Source of the DNA: Thalia democratica
Lineage: Eukaryota
Assembly: GCA_965202585.1 (NCBI GenBank)
Contig: OZ241829.1
Span: 8,680,001 to 8,744,000, forward strand
Reading direction: 5' to 3'
Length of the DNA stretch: 64,000 nt
The notes beneath the pieces were generated by a model. That model ran no database searches, was not told the DNA's origin, and saw only the letters and a program-made list of their open reading frames with translations. The position numbers and the translations under genes were made by a program. Shown here piece by piece: positions 1-14,700 of this stretch (the first letter of the stretch is position 1; the number at the start of each line of letters is the position of its first letter).

Positions 1-2779
1 CTTCCAAATGCAAATAAATGCGCGTTTCTGGTAACTTTGTTTGTAATTTCGTTAATATAAAAACAAACTATCAGGTAAAATTACCCTGTATACTAAACTT
101 TGTGTGCAAATGAAAGCTTTATAACAGTAGTGGTCGTTACCAGTTGCTAATTTAATAATTTTTTGTATAAAATTTTCCTACTAACGTTTTTAACATGAAA
201 AATGCTTCTGGTTATACCAAAGTTTGTATTGAAAATAAGGACTGGAAGAATAAGAACTTCAATAAGATTGGAATGCTTTTTTACCTATTTTTTTGTAAAT
301 TTAGACAAACTAAGTATAGTTTAAAAAAACGTGTCTTAAACAACTAATTAGCCTTGATTTTTTTACTCCATCGTGAAATTTTATTTAAAGTAGAAAAAAA
401 AAACAGAACAAATCTTAAATTGTACTTATCACACTATTGAAATTTGTGTTTTTATAAATGTATCAGTAAACAAAACTTTTCGACTGGAATGTTTGCGGAT
501 AGATTACTGAAACACAAAGTTTGAAAATTAACATTAAAATGTAAAAATGTAGATGAACATTAGACAACGTTTTAACACTTTATAATAATAATATTTATAA
601 GTAAATCAACAGTGTTGGTTTTAACATCAAAACTGTCACATTAGAACTATATAATAAAAATGTCTTTAAAGTTTAAAAGTACACAACTTTAATAGAAAGT
701 TATAAACTTATATTTTACTTAAATTCAAGCAGAATTAATCAAAAACTTAAAACAATTTTGTTACCTCAGTCTACTAATTAAATTCCTAGGTTTTATTTTA
801 AAACAATTATTAAAAAACACTCATTACTTTGTTTTAGTTATTAGTTAACTATTTTTTAAATTTTTTGTAGTTGATACAAGTTCTTAATAAACAATTATTT
901 AAAACAAAAAATAATTTAATGGTTTTTAAATAACTATATTTCATGTGACTTCACAGAACCACCCTAAAACTCATCCAGAAATTTTCTGAAACTGTAATCT
1001 GAAGCTTTATCGCCGAATAAAAGCAATATTAAATTTCTCAAAGTTATAATACTCTGACTTCAAAGGCCGAAACACTTTGAAGATGTGAAGAGATGTGTGT
1101 GTACTTTAAAGGCGGCGATGTATGTTCGCAAAATTGCAAAAAGATGTACTTGTGGTGTAATCTTTCCGCTGCTTTTTATCGTTGACACGAGACCAGAATG
1201 TAGGGACAAGATAACCACCACAAATGATCAAAGAAATAATATTAGATAAAATAAAAGCTGCCACAAATATATCGGCACGTGCACATTTTTGATAAAAATA
1301 GATAAGTATTTATTTATTTAAAGATCTTTTTTTGAAGCACATATCTAAGTCAAATATTATGTTTGTTAAACTAAAGGTCCGAGTTATTTGTTTTTCTCAC
1401 TTGCTTTTGTAAAGTAATTAGCTTTTAATGTTTAAAGTTAACAGTTTTTTTTAAATTGTATTCATAAATAAAATTCAAATTGAAATAGCTGAACTCTGTT
1501 TTACTACAAATTGTTTTAAGCAGATAGTTGTTTTAAAAGTCATACTTACCTATTTTACAATTCTAGCACCTATTGTCATTGTACAAAAGTAAGCCCACTT
1601 AAGTACATATGTAGTGTCATCTTTTTTGTAACTTAAACAAAAAAACTATCACTCAAACAAATTGACTTAACATCAAAGTTTTTTTTTCGCGAAAAGTATC
1701 ATCATGTTACATAAATTCAAAATCTTCTATTAGAAATAATAAAAGACTTTTCAACTAAAATAAAAGTTTAATGCAAAACAACTTAAGAATTAACTCTTTT
1801 TTCAGAGAGAACAGACTTAATGTTATCTTTTTGTAAATATAAAAAAACATTTTACTTAAAAATTTTTATTTACAGTGTTTTCTACAAACCTTTCATCGTA
1901 TTGATTAAATTTAAAATAAGTTAAACAGAACACACTGATTGACTGTCAATTAAACGAAGAACTTAGCGCGAAACCACTTATGTAATAAATCTTCATTCGA
2001 GTGTCATCAATTTACATGTTAGTCGGACAAATTGCACATAATTGCCCGGATCAGTCTGTCAGGTGTAAACACGTTTGAAAGCAAAAATTCCCAGATTATT
2101 ATTTTTGAGTGGAGCTAAAATTAATTGAATAATGAAACTTTTTACTGCTTTTACACTGCTGTTCAAAAGTATGACATGAGTTTGTAGTCATTTAAATTAT
2201 CTATTGATACTTGAAGGTTTCAAAACATTAAAATGAACCTAAATTTTTAAGTGTTCTCATGTTTAAAACAATATTTTGTGTTTAAAACTTCTTAAAAGCA
2301 TTATTAAGAAGAGCTATAAATATTTTTTGATTATTAACCCTACAATTTAATAACAAGTTTGCTTTTTATTTACAACAATTTTTTTAAATTTAACTAAATT
2401 TAAAAGTTGTTTAGTGTTGTAATGTTTTCAATGCTACTCGTATCTTTTTATGTTACATAATAAAGTTTGGGCTTATAGATTAATTTATTATTTTTTCAAT
2501 GCTTTACATTTAAACTTATTGCTAAAGAAATTTTTGTAAATGATTATTTTACTATTTTTTTTAGTTTGTAAAATAATGTAATTTTTTTTATAACTTTTAT
2601 AAAAAAAAAAGTCGTAAATAAAAATGAAAACTATCATTAATAGTGTAGTTGTTTTCTACTTAAAATATAGTAAATAAGTTTTAAATTACTTTCTAAATGT
2701 TATTTCAGCAAATACTTTTTTAAAAACTAATCAACTAATAAATTTTCTAAGGTTTTGCTACCGTACAACAACTCATTAC

Positions 2780-5700
2780 ACACCCAATCCTGCAGCAGAA
2801 AGACAAGCTAAAAATTAGTATATTGCTATAAAAACAGACTCGCAATATTCACCAGCGGATTTGCTTATCACTGACGAGATGTGTGTTGAATCTTTCATTT
2901 TCTCCTCACAAATTCCTCTCTGTCCTCGAAAAAAGCCTCGCGCCAGCCTTCGAGGCGCCATTTTTGCCGGGTCAAACGTTCACACTGTGACGTCACTGTG
3001 AGCGCGCGAAGAAGTATGACGTCACAAAAGAATTTGAGCCGCGTTAGATGATGGCGTGATTTTTTTTTTGGTAGTTGTAAATTTTTTAGTGTTTTTTTGT
3101 GCTAAAATGAAAATAACTAACTTAAATAATTAAAATATAATTTAAAAATTTAACAAATAAACCATTTCTACAATAAAACATCATTTCCGTGTCTTTTTTG
3201 TATTATAAAAGAGTGAAGTGTTATTAGACTATGTCTTAATTATAACCGTTTGGATCTTTTCCTCTGAATTACTAGTTTAAGTAAGTACAAGATGATTTTT
3301 AAAATATTTTTTTTTTGTTTTTAATCAATATTTGGTGAAAACCAACTTTATTCTTGTATAAGTATTGTTTATGTAATACTTTTACTATTACAAAAGCATT
3401 TTTAAAACTAACTATCGTAATTTTTATACAACTTTGGTAATTTTGTCAACATTTTAAAGATTAAAATTTTTTTAAGTGTTTTAAACTATTATTTCAGAAT
3501 TTATAAAACGTATAAATGTTAGTAGAGTTTTAAAGTTTAATAATAATCTTTAGTTTAATGAAATCATAAAAAAGTAAACATAAGTTGAAGACTGTTTTAA
3601 AAACTATAATTTGTTCTTATTGACAGCAAACAATGTTTTGTGTTTTTTAAGTTTAAAAAACACAAAAACTATATTGATATTTCGTGAGAAAACTTAATTA
3701 AATTCATGTAATTAGAACATACGCAATATATTTAAACTTTAGTTTACTATAGAGATAATTAAAAATTAAGTCCTATACAAAAGCTAAAATTACACTTAAA
3801 ATTCATTAGCTGTTTTATATTGTTAATCGTACAAAGAGATTGTAACAGTGCAAATTGAAAAAGAAAGCAATTAATCAATGCAAATTTACATCTTGTTAAA
3901 TTTAAATTTGTAACAATTACATTTTAGAGGCAATAAAATTAATAGTGTTGACAAAACAAATCGCGCGTCAGTGAACTTTGTTTTAACTTGTACATTTGAT
4001 TAATGTGGTGTAAAAATTCCACAGACGAAAAAGTTTGTTCAGACAACTTTAGACAACAAGTTTTCAAACCAAATAATTGTAGTCGGTTTAATTTCGTTGC
4101 ACTGAGAGTAAACTATTTTCAAAATATTTTAAGTAGAAAGACGTAAAAACTGTAAAAGTTTAAAACTATTTTGGTAATGCTTAATTAATTTTTTTTGACT
4201 TGAAAGTACGCATTATATGGTTAATATCCTTTTATTACAAAAATTGCTAAAAACCAAAAAAAAAAAACACAAATAAAACTTCAGACATTTTTTTTCAATC
4301 TAAACACTCGCAATCAAGTCGATCTGTATCGTTTCAAATCCAATCAAGAAAGCAAACAAACAGCCCCCTCTACCCCCTCCACTACACTCTAATTCGCAGC
4401 GCAACTTCGCTAAGCCTTCAGGAGTCGTACAGGCGCTACATTCGAAGCTCTGTTGGCAGCCAATCAAACGGCCAATCAAAGCGAGGAGTCCAACGTGTGA
4501 CAATTAACAGTCGGGGAGGCGCCATTGAGATTAGAAGCGGTTTTACACCATCGCCGTCCAAGTGAAGTGTCGTAATTAGCCGGAATTAGCAGATGTATCA
4601 AATTGGATTAGCTGGCACTTAATTTGTTGGATGGAGCTGTGCAAATTGGCTGCGAATTATGTGTCATTGTTTACGTTGGGTTTTAATTAACTTAACTGCC
4701 TTTTTTATGCATCAGTTTACCAGTGCGGGTTGGTTGTAATTTATTGATTTCACTTAAATTTTAAGCAAGACTAACACTATTATTAGTTTTTACCTTATAA
4801 TAAAGCACTGTGGACACAGAATTTGAGTAAACTAAAACATAAAGCTGTATAACATATTTATAATAACTTACTAATAAAGTTGACTACTTTTCTTCTATTT
4901 TGCTTAAATTTTGAGTAAGCCTTCCAATTTAGTTAGTTTTTTTTCTATGAAAAATCAAACTATATATAAATTTCAAGGCTTCTGAGAAAATAAGTTATAC
5001 AAGCAGTCGTTATTCTAAGCACGAAGCCAAAACATCAATTTATACCCGGAACAACTCTAAATGTTTTCACACAACCAAACAAGTTTAGTGATAAAACCAC
5101 GTTAGCTTGCACATAAACTGATACACGAAAAAACGTAAAAAAAGTCTAAAAAAACCTTGTCGCATGTCAATCACGCCTCACCCGGGTATCACGAATTCAC
5201 ATGAACGGCCAACCACAACAAACTCGCTATCTTTAGCACATAAAAGCAGTGAAGCCGTCGGCGTAATCAAACCTTTAGTCGGGTCCCAACACAGCCGAGA
5301 TTTCGGCGCAGATAACGCGCGACCTTTCGCCAACTGAACAAGCAGCCTTTCCAACTCGTAACACGAACCGTCACCGCCGCTACGCCAATTAGCAGGCGAC
5401 GCTGAAAGTTTACAAAAATAATTTTGCTGCTTCTTTTCGACCCCTATTCTTGACCCTTGCGCCGGTTTCTCGCTTCACCGATAACCCCGGTTGACTGCCG
5501 CGGCGTCCCGATGGCCTGTCGGTCGGGCATCAACTTCCATAGTTGCGCACTCGCGCCGCGTGATTGGATTACCGGCGGGATTTGCTGACCCCTGCTTCCT
5601 ATCTCTTCCCTTATGATATCTTCTTCTCCTGATCTGTCTGCCGTCTCTTTCCTGTGTCTTGTATTATTAATTTTTTGAAGCAAAGTTTTTTTTTATAATT

Positions 5701-8700
5701 TTGTTTCAGAACTTTGCTACTGCTACTGCGTTTGTCGGACACGGAGTCTAACTTGAAGTAAAAGTTTTTCATGTTTCTTAAGTTCTCATCTATCTTCAAC
5801 AATTTTTCCAGCTGTTGTTCTACTAAAGCCTGTTATGTTAGCCAAAAATTATCGCTGTCGGCATTTAAAAACAAGTCTTACAAAGTTGAATGTACAGAAG
5901 CTCACGTACACAAAGGACGAAATCGCCAGTTTAAACCCGCAACTCCCCTGTAGCTTCAAAAATAAAACTTTCAAAACGTTTCGTGCGGAGTGTGGTGATG
6001 CTTTACATACAGACCCGCGCAATAATCAATAGAAAGCTGTGAAACAATGAACTTAACGACAGACGCCAATCCGCGTGATGAGCAGATCACCTGTGTTTGA
6101 AGCACACCTGTTGAGCCCATTCATTCGAGATTGAACGGTTTCTAACGTTCAAATGAAATTAAAACAACAAGTTTCTTGCGAACCGACATTGTGAGCAGCT
6201 TGAATTTTTCTCAGCTCCACAGTCCGTTGGTGTTGTGATAAATGGCAATAAAACAAATAAAAAATTAGAAAAATTTAATTTTTTTGCGTTGTGTATTATA
6301 GAATTAAGTTGATGTGGCTTAAAACTTTCATGGGAATTAAGTTTTTAATTTTTAATCCTTTTTAAAGCAAATGCGTGTGTTTTATGAGAGCCAAAATAGA
6401 TGTTTAGGCTATTTTAAAACAGCTGTATTTTAATGTGAAAAATGACATGTGCTAATTAGAATAACACAAAATGTAAACCACTCAAGTTTATTGGTGCTTA
6501 CCTAAAAATAAATTTATATTTTTTTTTTTAAATAAAGTTTTCTAAGTGATTTTATTTTCTTTAAAAGTTAAGTTTACCTGAGCTTAACAACTTTAATATC
6601 CATGTTTTTTTTTAAATATTATATAGTTTCAAAAAAATAGTAACAACCTTTTTATTAGCTCTTTGTACCACAAAATTAGTTTTTTAGGTACCATCGCTTA
6701 CTTTGTTAAACAACTGTATATTCTAAATTATCTAAAAAACATGAAACTCCGTATATTTAAAATAAAAACTTTTTCGAAACGTTTAAAGATAACTTAAATA
6801 ATAGTTATTGCTTTATTTCATTGTGATAGAAAATTAATGTTTAAAGGAGTTAAATTGGTACAAAATGTAAAATCTTTACAAGAAAACAGTTTTAAATATA
6901 AAAGTTATCAGGCAAGTACAGCTTGTTATAACCAGTTTTACGGCTTGAAAGCAAACTTGATGTTTTCTACAAATCAAGCCTTTGTTTAACTATTAAAATG
7001 ATGTAAAAAGCAGCACGCGTGGATTAACAATATAAAAACAACAGCCAAAGCAATAGCAAGACACATGAAAAACAAATGTTTTTACAGAACTCTTTTGTCG
7101 GAAGGCAATTAATTGCACACATTTCCGACCTTAAACTGCATCACAATGCAAAGTTTTAAAAATGGGCACCTGTTAAACACGTGAAACAAAACGCCACAGC
7201 CGAAAAGGGCCACAAAAGGGCCATAAAATAACAAAGGGCGCGGCGCTTTTTGTACGCGGCATTAGATGCTGATTGCGATGCCATTATCATCGTAATCGCG
7301 CTGAGATGGCCGTCTATAAAGCTCTTATATTTATCACATGAGCAACAGGTGCTCGCCTGACAGCTAGAAACGCTTTATAGTGGTTTTGAGAGGCAAAAGG
7401 GTAAAGAAAACAAGCACTTGATGTTGAGGACAGATCAGTGATATTTTTATTTAAGTTTTATATGTTCTTATTTAAAATTTACTGGGCGGAAACAGGCTAA
7501 TTTGCCAGTTATAATGACGCTTTTTATACGTTCGCTTGATCCGACAAAAAACCGTTTAATGCTGCAAAGTCGTTTCCGTTTCGCAAGTAATCTAGAAAAA
7601 AGCGAAAACTCAAGTAAATAGTCGATCTTGACGGGCTTCAGTCTTTTTGCTGAGTTTTGGCCGTCCTTCTAATAACAAGTCGTCTTATTGGTTTGTTAAA
7701 CGGCCGAGTTACCGTCCATCAATCAGGATTATGGTTTCTGAAAAGTCAGAGATGTAAACTAAAATGAAAACATGAATTTTTAGATTTTTAGTTGAAGCTT
7801 TTACTTTTGCTCTACATAAAGGTAAACGAATGACAAACAGTACATTTATGATGCTATTAATAATATCTTTTTTGCTATAGCTTGAGCTATGTGTCTGTTG
7901 CTTGCTTAAATTTAAATTATTATTAATTACTAACTAGTTAACAAACACTTTAAAAGTCTATATATGATAGTGAACTACAAGTGTACACTTAAATTTTTAG
8001 AAAAAAATTGTTTTGTGGCTTATATGATATAAATAGATAGCCTTAAACACTCTAATAGCTGTCTGGTTTTCAAGGCTTTTGTTTTAAATATGTTTTGTAC
8101 AAATTTAGCTATTACTAATGCTAAAACAGGCTGATGCTTCAGAGCTTTGTAGGAAATCTGGTATCCTATTTCAGACACGTGATTGACGTTCTAAATGTTC
8201 AAAGTTCAAATTCACCGTCGGCGAAATTACCCACGGAAAAGGCGACCGCGGACTTCCGAATCGGCGTAATGGCACCTTGTAAGCGCTAATTTGCACCATT
8301 GTGCGCCAACTGGGTCATAAATCATAATGCGCACGGTAAGGTGACGAAAAATACAGGCGAAAACTTGGACGCGCGCCAGGTTGAAATGCGTTAAAAAACA
8401 TTTTGAGCCGGTTGGCTTTGCATATACTTTTTAAAGACTGCAACCTGTTGTTATGTATCAAATTGGTTTGTGTGTATGAGTTTTGCGTGGTTGGGAAAGT
8501 TTGGTTGGATTTCATAAGTAGCGTGATTCATGTGTTGTTGAGTGGTCTGGCATGTCATTTTAAGTTTAGATGCTTATGTCATTATGTTCAGCAAAGCTTG
8601 TGAATGTATTTGTTACAGCTATGTTGCTTAGTTGCACTCAGTAAAATTATAAGGTACTTTTTTTTATGTTTGCAGAAATAAAACTAGATTTTCTAAGAAA

Positions 8701-11700
8701 AGTTATCAGTTTTTAATGTTTTTAAAAGTAGTTTTGTCGTATTTGTAAGCCTTGAAAAATGTTGAAGCTAATAAGTAAGTTATGTTTTAAACCTACTTAA
8801 AGTATAATACTGTTTATAGTGCTATACTAAAGTGTTTAAAACCGACTTTCTTTTACCACAAACTCATGTTTCGGTTATCAAAAATTTTCAACTGTTTCTT
8901 AAAGTAGCCGAAACATTTTTTTGGTCGAACTTTGTAAAATGAGTACGTTTGATTGGTCTTCCGTCAAAAAATTTGTTAATTTGTGTTGTGCCTAAACATG
9001 GTTACATGACAGGTTCAAGAAAGTTACGTCTTTAAATGTAAAAAAAATATTTTACTTCTTCGGTATAATAAACTTGTTTACAAGCATACATAAATAAAAA
9101 CCAGCCACAGCCAAAATGACAGTTCACTTCTTAAACTTCTTGTAGTTAAGTAAATCATGAAGAGTATAAGCGTTGTTTTTTTTTTGTAAGAAATTTAAAA
9201 GCTATTTTTATATAAACCATTATTTCCAGTGTTACATTGTCTTTAGAAAATTTCATAGTAATTTGATAGTATATACAATATAAATGCAAAAACAGTTTAT
9301 TAAAGTAAGGTTATAAACATTTTTGGTATGTTTAAATAAAGAATAGTTATAACTTTAATTTTCACAAACTTTTTTTTAAATAAATAATTTAATTTATTTA
9401 CAACAATTGTGTTGTTAACTTCAATAAAAAAAAAATAGTCTGAAACTCATGTTTTTATTGTAGTAGTCCTTTTTTTACTATATCTATTATTATTTGTTCA
9501 AATTTTTAGAGTTTTGAAATGAGCTTTTAACTTTTGTTTGATGATTTTCAAAGACTCAACTGTTTTTGGAAACTTTTAAACGGTTTAGTTGATGTAAAAT
9601 TTTGAGGATTAGGAGAAATAAAAGCAAAATTGTAGTTAATTTTGTATGTTGTTTTTAGTTTTATTTGAAAACAATTAGCTTCTTTCGATAACCAAATACA
9701 CGTTCTCAACAAACGAAAGCGCCTTTTAATTGGCTGTTTACAGCTAGCACGATTACAGGCCAATTATTCCAATTTCGCCCACCAAACACCGAAATCTTTC
9801 AAGGACCAGGGCCGATTTTCACATGTCAGTTTGCATTTGGGGCGACAACGCTCATTTCAACATTAAACGCTGAATTTATAAAAGTCGAGCGAATTACGAG
9901 ATTACAAGCGATAAGAGCGCAACGCTGAGGCAATTACCGAGTCGGCTGGAATTTTTATTGGTTTTTTATTGGCGATGCGAGATAAGTTTGAATGAAACTC
10001 CTTCGAATGCGTTTCTGTGTGTGCATTAATTCTAAACAAGTGAAAAATTACGGGCTCGAATTACAAAGTTCACACAAACATGTTGTACGATGTTTTAAAT
10101 AGAAAAAATGAGCAGTTTTTGTGCTTAAATTTTTAAGTATGTACAGCTTCAAAACTGCGTGAAAAGTAGCTTTTGTTCTTAGATATATGGTCAAGTACTA
10201 GCATTAAATGTAAACTAAACACAGCTTTTTAATTAACCAACCATTTATAAAAAAAAGTATTGTTAATAAATTTAGCTAATACTTGTATTTAACTAAAAAT
10301 TATCTGAACATCTTATCGAATCAAATGCTTCTATAACTTAATTATCCCAGACGCGAGAAATGTTTTTCAGTAAAATAATATTTTTTTCTAAAGTAAGCTT
10401 TCAAACAACCTTGAAAATTTTTTATGCAAAACTAAAACGTTTTAGAATTTTTTGCATAAGTTATTTTTAGCTTGAATTTTATTGATAAAACTTTGAACAG
10501 TATGTTTGCAAACACACACAGGTGTAACATTGTCAACTTAACTTCAAGCAATTAAAGGATTACAAAAATTTTCACAACATTTAGCGAGTTCAAAACAATA
10601 AACACATCTCATAAGAAATTCTATCACGAGTAGATGAAAAAATTTTGCAAGGTTTTTTATTTGCCAGTAAATATGGGGTCTGTTTAGAGTGTTAACTCAG
10701 GGCTTAGGAAGTTGTCTTTTTAAACAAAGTTCCACCAATTAACGTGACAAACCCTAGGTATAAGGTTAGGTAGTTTTATTTGTGTGCATTTTTATTTTAC
10801 CAGACAAAACTTATTGGCAGTAATTTTACCTACTATATAGCAATACGGTACTGAATTTAACTTTTTTTTATTTTAATTTGTAAACTTCACCTAGCAAAAC
10901 AAAAAAAAATCTAACTGAAATCTTAGGTAATCAGTCAGTGATTAAACGTTATTGAATTAGACAAAAAGTATTTATTAGCAAATACCATAACGCATATAAA
11001 TAAATTTTGTATCTTACGATAGTTTTTGGATGGTTGAAAACTTAATACAACTTCAACAGAAGGGTGCAACTTTTGATAATAAATAATTCAAAGTAATCTT
11101 TTAGTACTTGTTTAGTTGATCGATGATAAACTTTATTTTTACTTTATTAAAATTTTAAATGAAACTAAATAACATTTTGCATGAAAATTCGAACAATTTT
11201 AATTTGATTCAAAAATACTAGGTATCTAGTATACACTACAATTACAAACATTAGAATTTTTAATTTCAATGAAGTGCAAAACATGTAAATAATTTGTTAA
11301 AAGCACAATTTTGTGTTAATACAGGTTCAATGTATCAAAAACATCATGATTTTTTCACAACTAAACCCATGTTTGTTTGTCTAAAACCATATTTTTCAAA
11401 TGTGGTGCTACACTTCAACGTGCTTTAACTTTCTACTGCACAAACACACAGTTGATTGCAAAGTTTAGTTTCAAACATGAACAAAAAACAAAAATTTTCT
11501 CACCGATTATGCCCACATCGCATGCGAAGCCACACAGAGCTGTAAGTGAGCAAATATTAACAAGCAGGGGTCGTAAATTTTACTGCCGCGTATAAACAAC
11601 AAAGGTGATTAAAACAAGGCTGTTAATTGCTCGCATTGCGCGATTCGCTCGTAAAACCCACCAAGGGGCCAACGAACGTTTGGGGTGGACGACCTTTTCG

Positions 11701-14700
11701 TACGGTTGTTTGCGTTTCGCCCCCTTGAACGTGTGATGTTTGTGTTTTTGTTTGGAATTTTTGTTTTAATTATAGATTTTTAACGACCTCGTTCGGCGTT
11801 GATGATCTCTTTCGTTATTTAACGTGCCATTTTGATGTTTTATTGTTTGCGCTACACACACTGGTGTTTATTTGTTAGCTCGTCAAAATAGTGTTTCGGT
11901 GATAAATCCTGGCGTTTTCTCGTTTGGTTAACCTTTAAAATGCACGAAAATTCCCGAAAAACGGTTTATCACTAGCTGTTTTCACGGTTTTATTAATTTT
12001 TGTTCTTTGTTTGTTTGCTTCGCTTACATAAATAACCTTTTGTTTTAAAAAGTGTTTTAAAAATTATCAACTTTAGAAACAAAACACGTTTTACTATCGG
12101 CGATAAACTGTAATTTTACTGCTGTTATTTACAACTTTTTGCAAGGTTAGTTAATATTTGATTACAAGATTCATCAAAATGTAACCATTATTTTGTACCT
12201 TTTATCAATATATATTTTTGATTATCTTTTGCACGCCTGTTGATAGGCAATACTCGCTTTTCTATTAGCTTTTCGATTTTCTGTGCATCGAAATTTTCGC
12301 TATAAATATACGCACGCTCTAGCATGACTCGAAACAGTGAAATTTTTGTTTATCTCCCCCCATATTTATTTTTGTGTATATTTAGCCTCAATATTGCGGT
12401 GGTTTACGCGCGCGACACACAATCGGGGAAATTTTGCACGATTTCGACACAAAAACCCCCGCGATTTTTGTATATATCTCGATTGAATAAGCAACAACGG
12501 GCAAAACAAAACGTTTTGTCGCAGATGTGGGAAACCACCTCGTATTTTATTTTATTTTTTGTTTAAATTTATAACATTTCGTATTAACGTCACTCGGGTC
12601 CGCAAACGAGGCGCTCTTGGTGCCTTCGGGGCGCGCTGCACCGAATCCGCCTGTCAATAAGCAATCAGCGATCAATGAAAGCGCTTTGTTAAAAGATTAA
12701 AAACGCGATTGTTTCGTTGCAAACTTTCTCAGGAAGTCTTATTGCCGTTCAATTAGCGAAAAGTACGCGCTGCTTGAGCAGAAAACGTGTTTAAGCTTTA
12801 GTATTGCTCAAAGTTTGATTGAAAAGTTTGGTTGAAAATGTAGCCTAGTTATATTGGGGGCTGTTGTGTAAGTGAAGTTACCTAATTTTATTGCGAACTA
12901 AACTTTGTGCAATGACGAACTTTGTTATACAAAATGTAATAAATATTTTAAAACTAAATCTATATATATTATTTATTGTAATTTTTTTTATACAAACTAA
13001 ATTATTTTAGATTTATAGCTTATTAAATTTGAATGAAAAGATAGTTAAAGTGCTTAACTAAATACTTTGAAATTGCTTGTACGTGTTTTAGATAACAGTA
13101 AAAGTACTGAGTTATTTAAAAACAGGTTAGTTAAAGTATTTAAGAAAATGTTTAAGCTACATATTTTTATCCTTGAAAAACACCATTTTGTTTTCCAATC
13201 CGACACGCTTCTCAAGTTACGAATTTCAGTGGGAAAAACGGTGAGCTGATTGACCTGCTAATTGCTAATCACCCTCGTCCGATCGACCAATGATCGTTGG
13301 CGCCACTGCAAGGTGAGAAACCAAGTGAGCAGCGAAAACAAAAAGCAAGCAGCCGAGTATTTGCACAATGGGTCGCTTTGTGGGAATTTTCAAGCCTCTG
13401 CGCTCGAAAAAGTGGCCCCTTTCTAATTAAAACTGTCTGCAGATAACAAGCGGAGAGTGGAGGCAAAAGTGCACGGCGGTGAAACAAAAGGGGGCCGAAA
13501 AAGTTGCGGGTAATAAAATCAGGAGACGCTTATTTGCACCAGGAGATAAGAAATTTTGAGAACTTCGTTGATTTATTGCGTAGCGGCCGGATCTGAGGAT
13601 TGTTCGCGAATATTTTCTCGCTAATTGGCGATGTGGGCATACACGTTAGTGCAAGCAATCAGTACTTTCTAAGCGTTGCGGTCAGAGTGGACAAACATTG
13701 GGGACGCTTGATAGGGTCGGGCACAGTTCAGTGTCTACCAATACATTGAGCGACTCAAGCTAAGTCTGTTCTACGTGCTAATGTAAGTGAAAAGCTCTAT
13801 AAGTTTGCTTTTAATGCTAGTTGCAGAGTCTTATAACTGTTTAAATTACATTATTTGTTCTATTTTAAGTTAAACGTTGTGGTCTTGCATGTATCTCAAA
13901 CTTTTTAAAGTAGAAAATAATTGAAAGAATTTTTAGAAGTTACTTTATAAAATATTCTACCTTCTGAATACATAAAATAAATTGTATAATATAAAATAAC
14001 TTAAAAGTTATTTATATTTGAATACACGTACTTAAAGTTAAAAAACATTTTTTATGTTTTATTATTATATACTTTTAATCAATACAACTTTTGGTTAGCT
14101 AGATTTAAGTTTCTTTTCATTTAAGATTAAATATTTATACTTTTATTATATCTATACATATTTATAAATTACTATAGTCATAATTTATTAAACCCGTATT
14201 TTATTTGATTTGTTGCATTAAAAAAATAATTTCTTACAGCAAAATAAAAGTCGCTCTATGATAAAAATTATGCAGAAAAAAGCTAATGCTGTAACTTTAC
14301 AGTTTTAAAAGTTTTGACCACAAAAACAACAAACCCATGTAACCATAGCATTCAGTTCATAATAAATGCTATAACCAGACACCACAGAGACAGCATTTCG
14401 GAGTTTGAGCAAACAATCAAATAAAAACAATGTCACATTGATGAAACTGTACCGAAGTATCATCTATCATAAATAATTTTGCTGTTTGTTTGTGTTAAGT
14501 TTTGTTTGCAGATCTATCTAATTCAGCTTAACAGAATAAACACCAAACTTTCGCATGCGACATAAAGTTTCAAGTAGCCGTATAGAAAGTCCCTTTACAG
14601 CTTACAGACAATTAATCACCCAGCCAGTTTACACAAACGACTTGTTTTTTTAATAAGCGCCAGTTGAAATGTTCAATATATCTCGTACACACGATAAATC

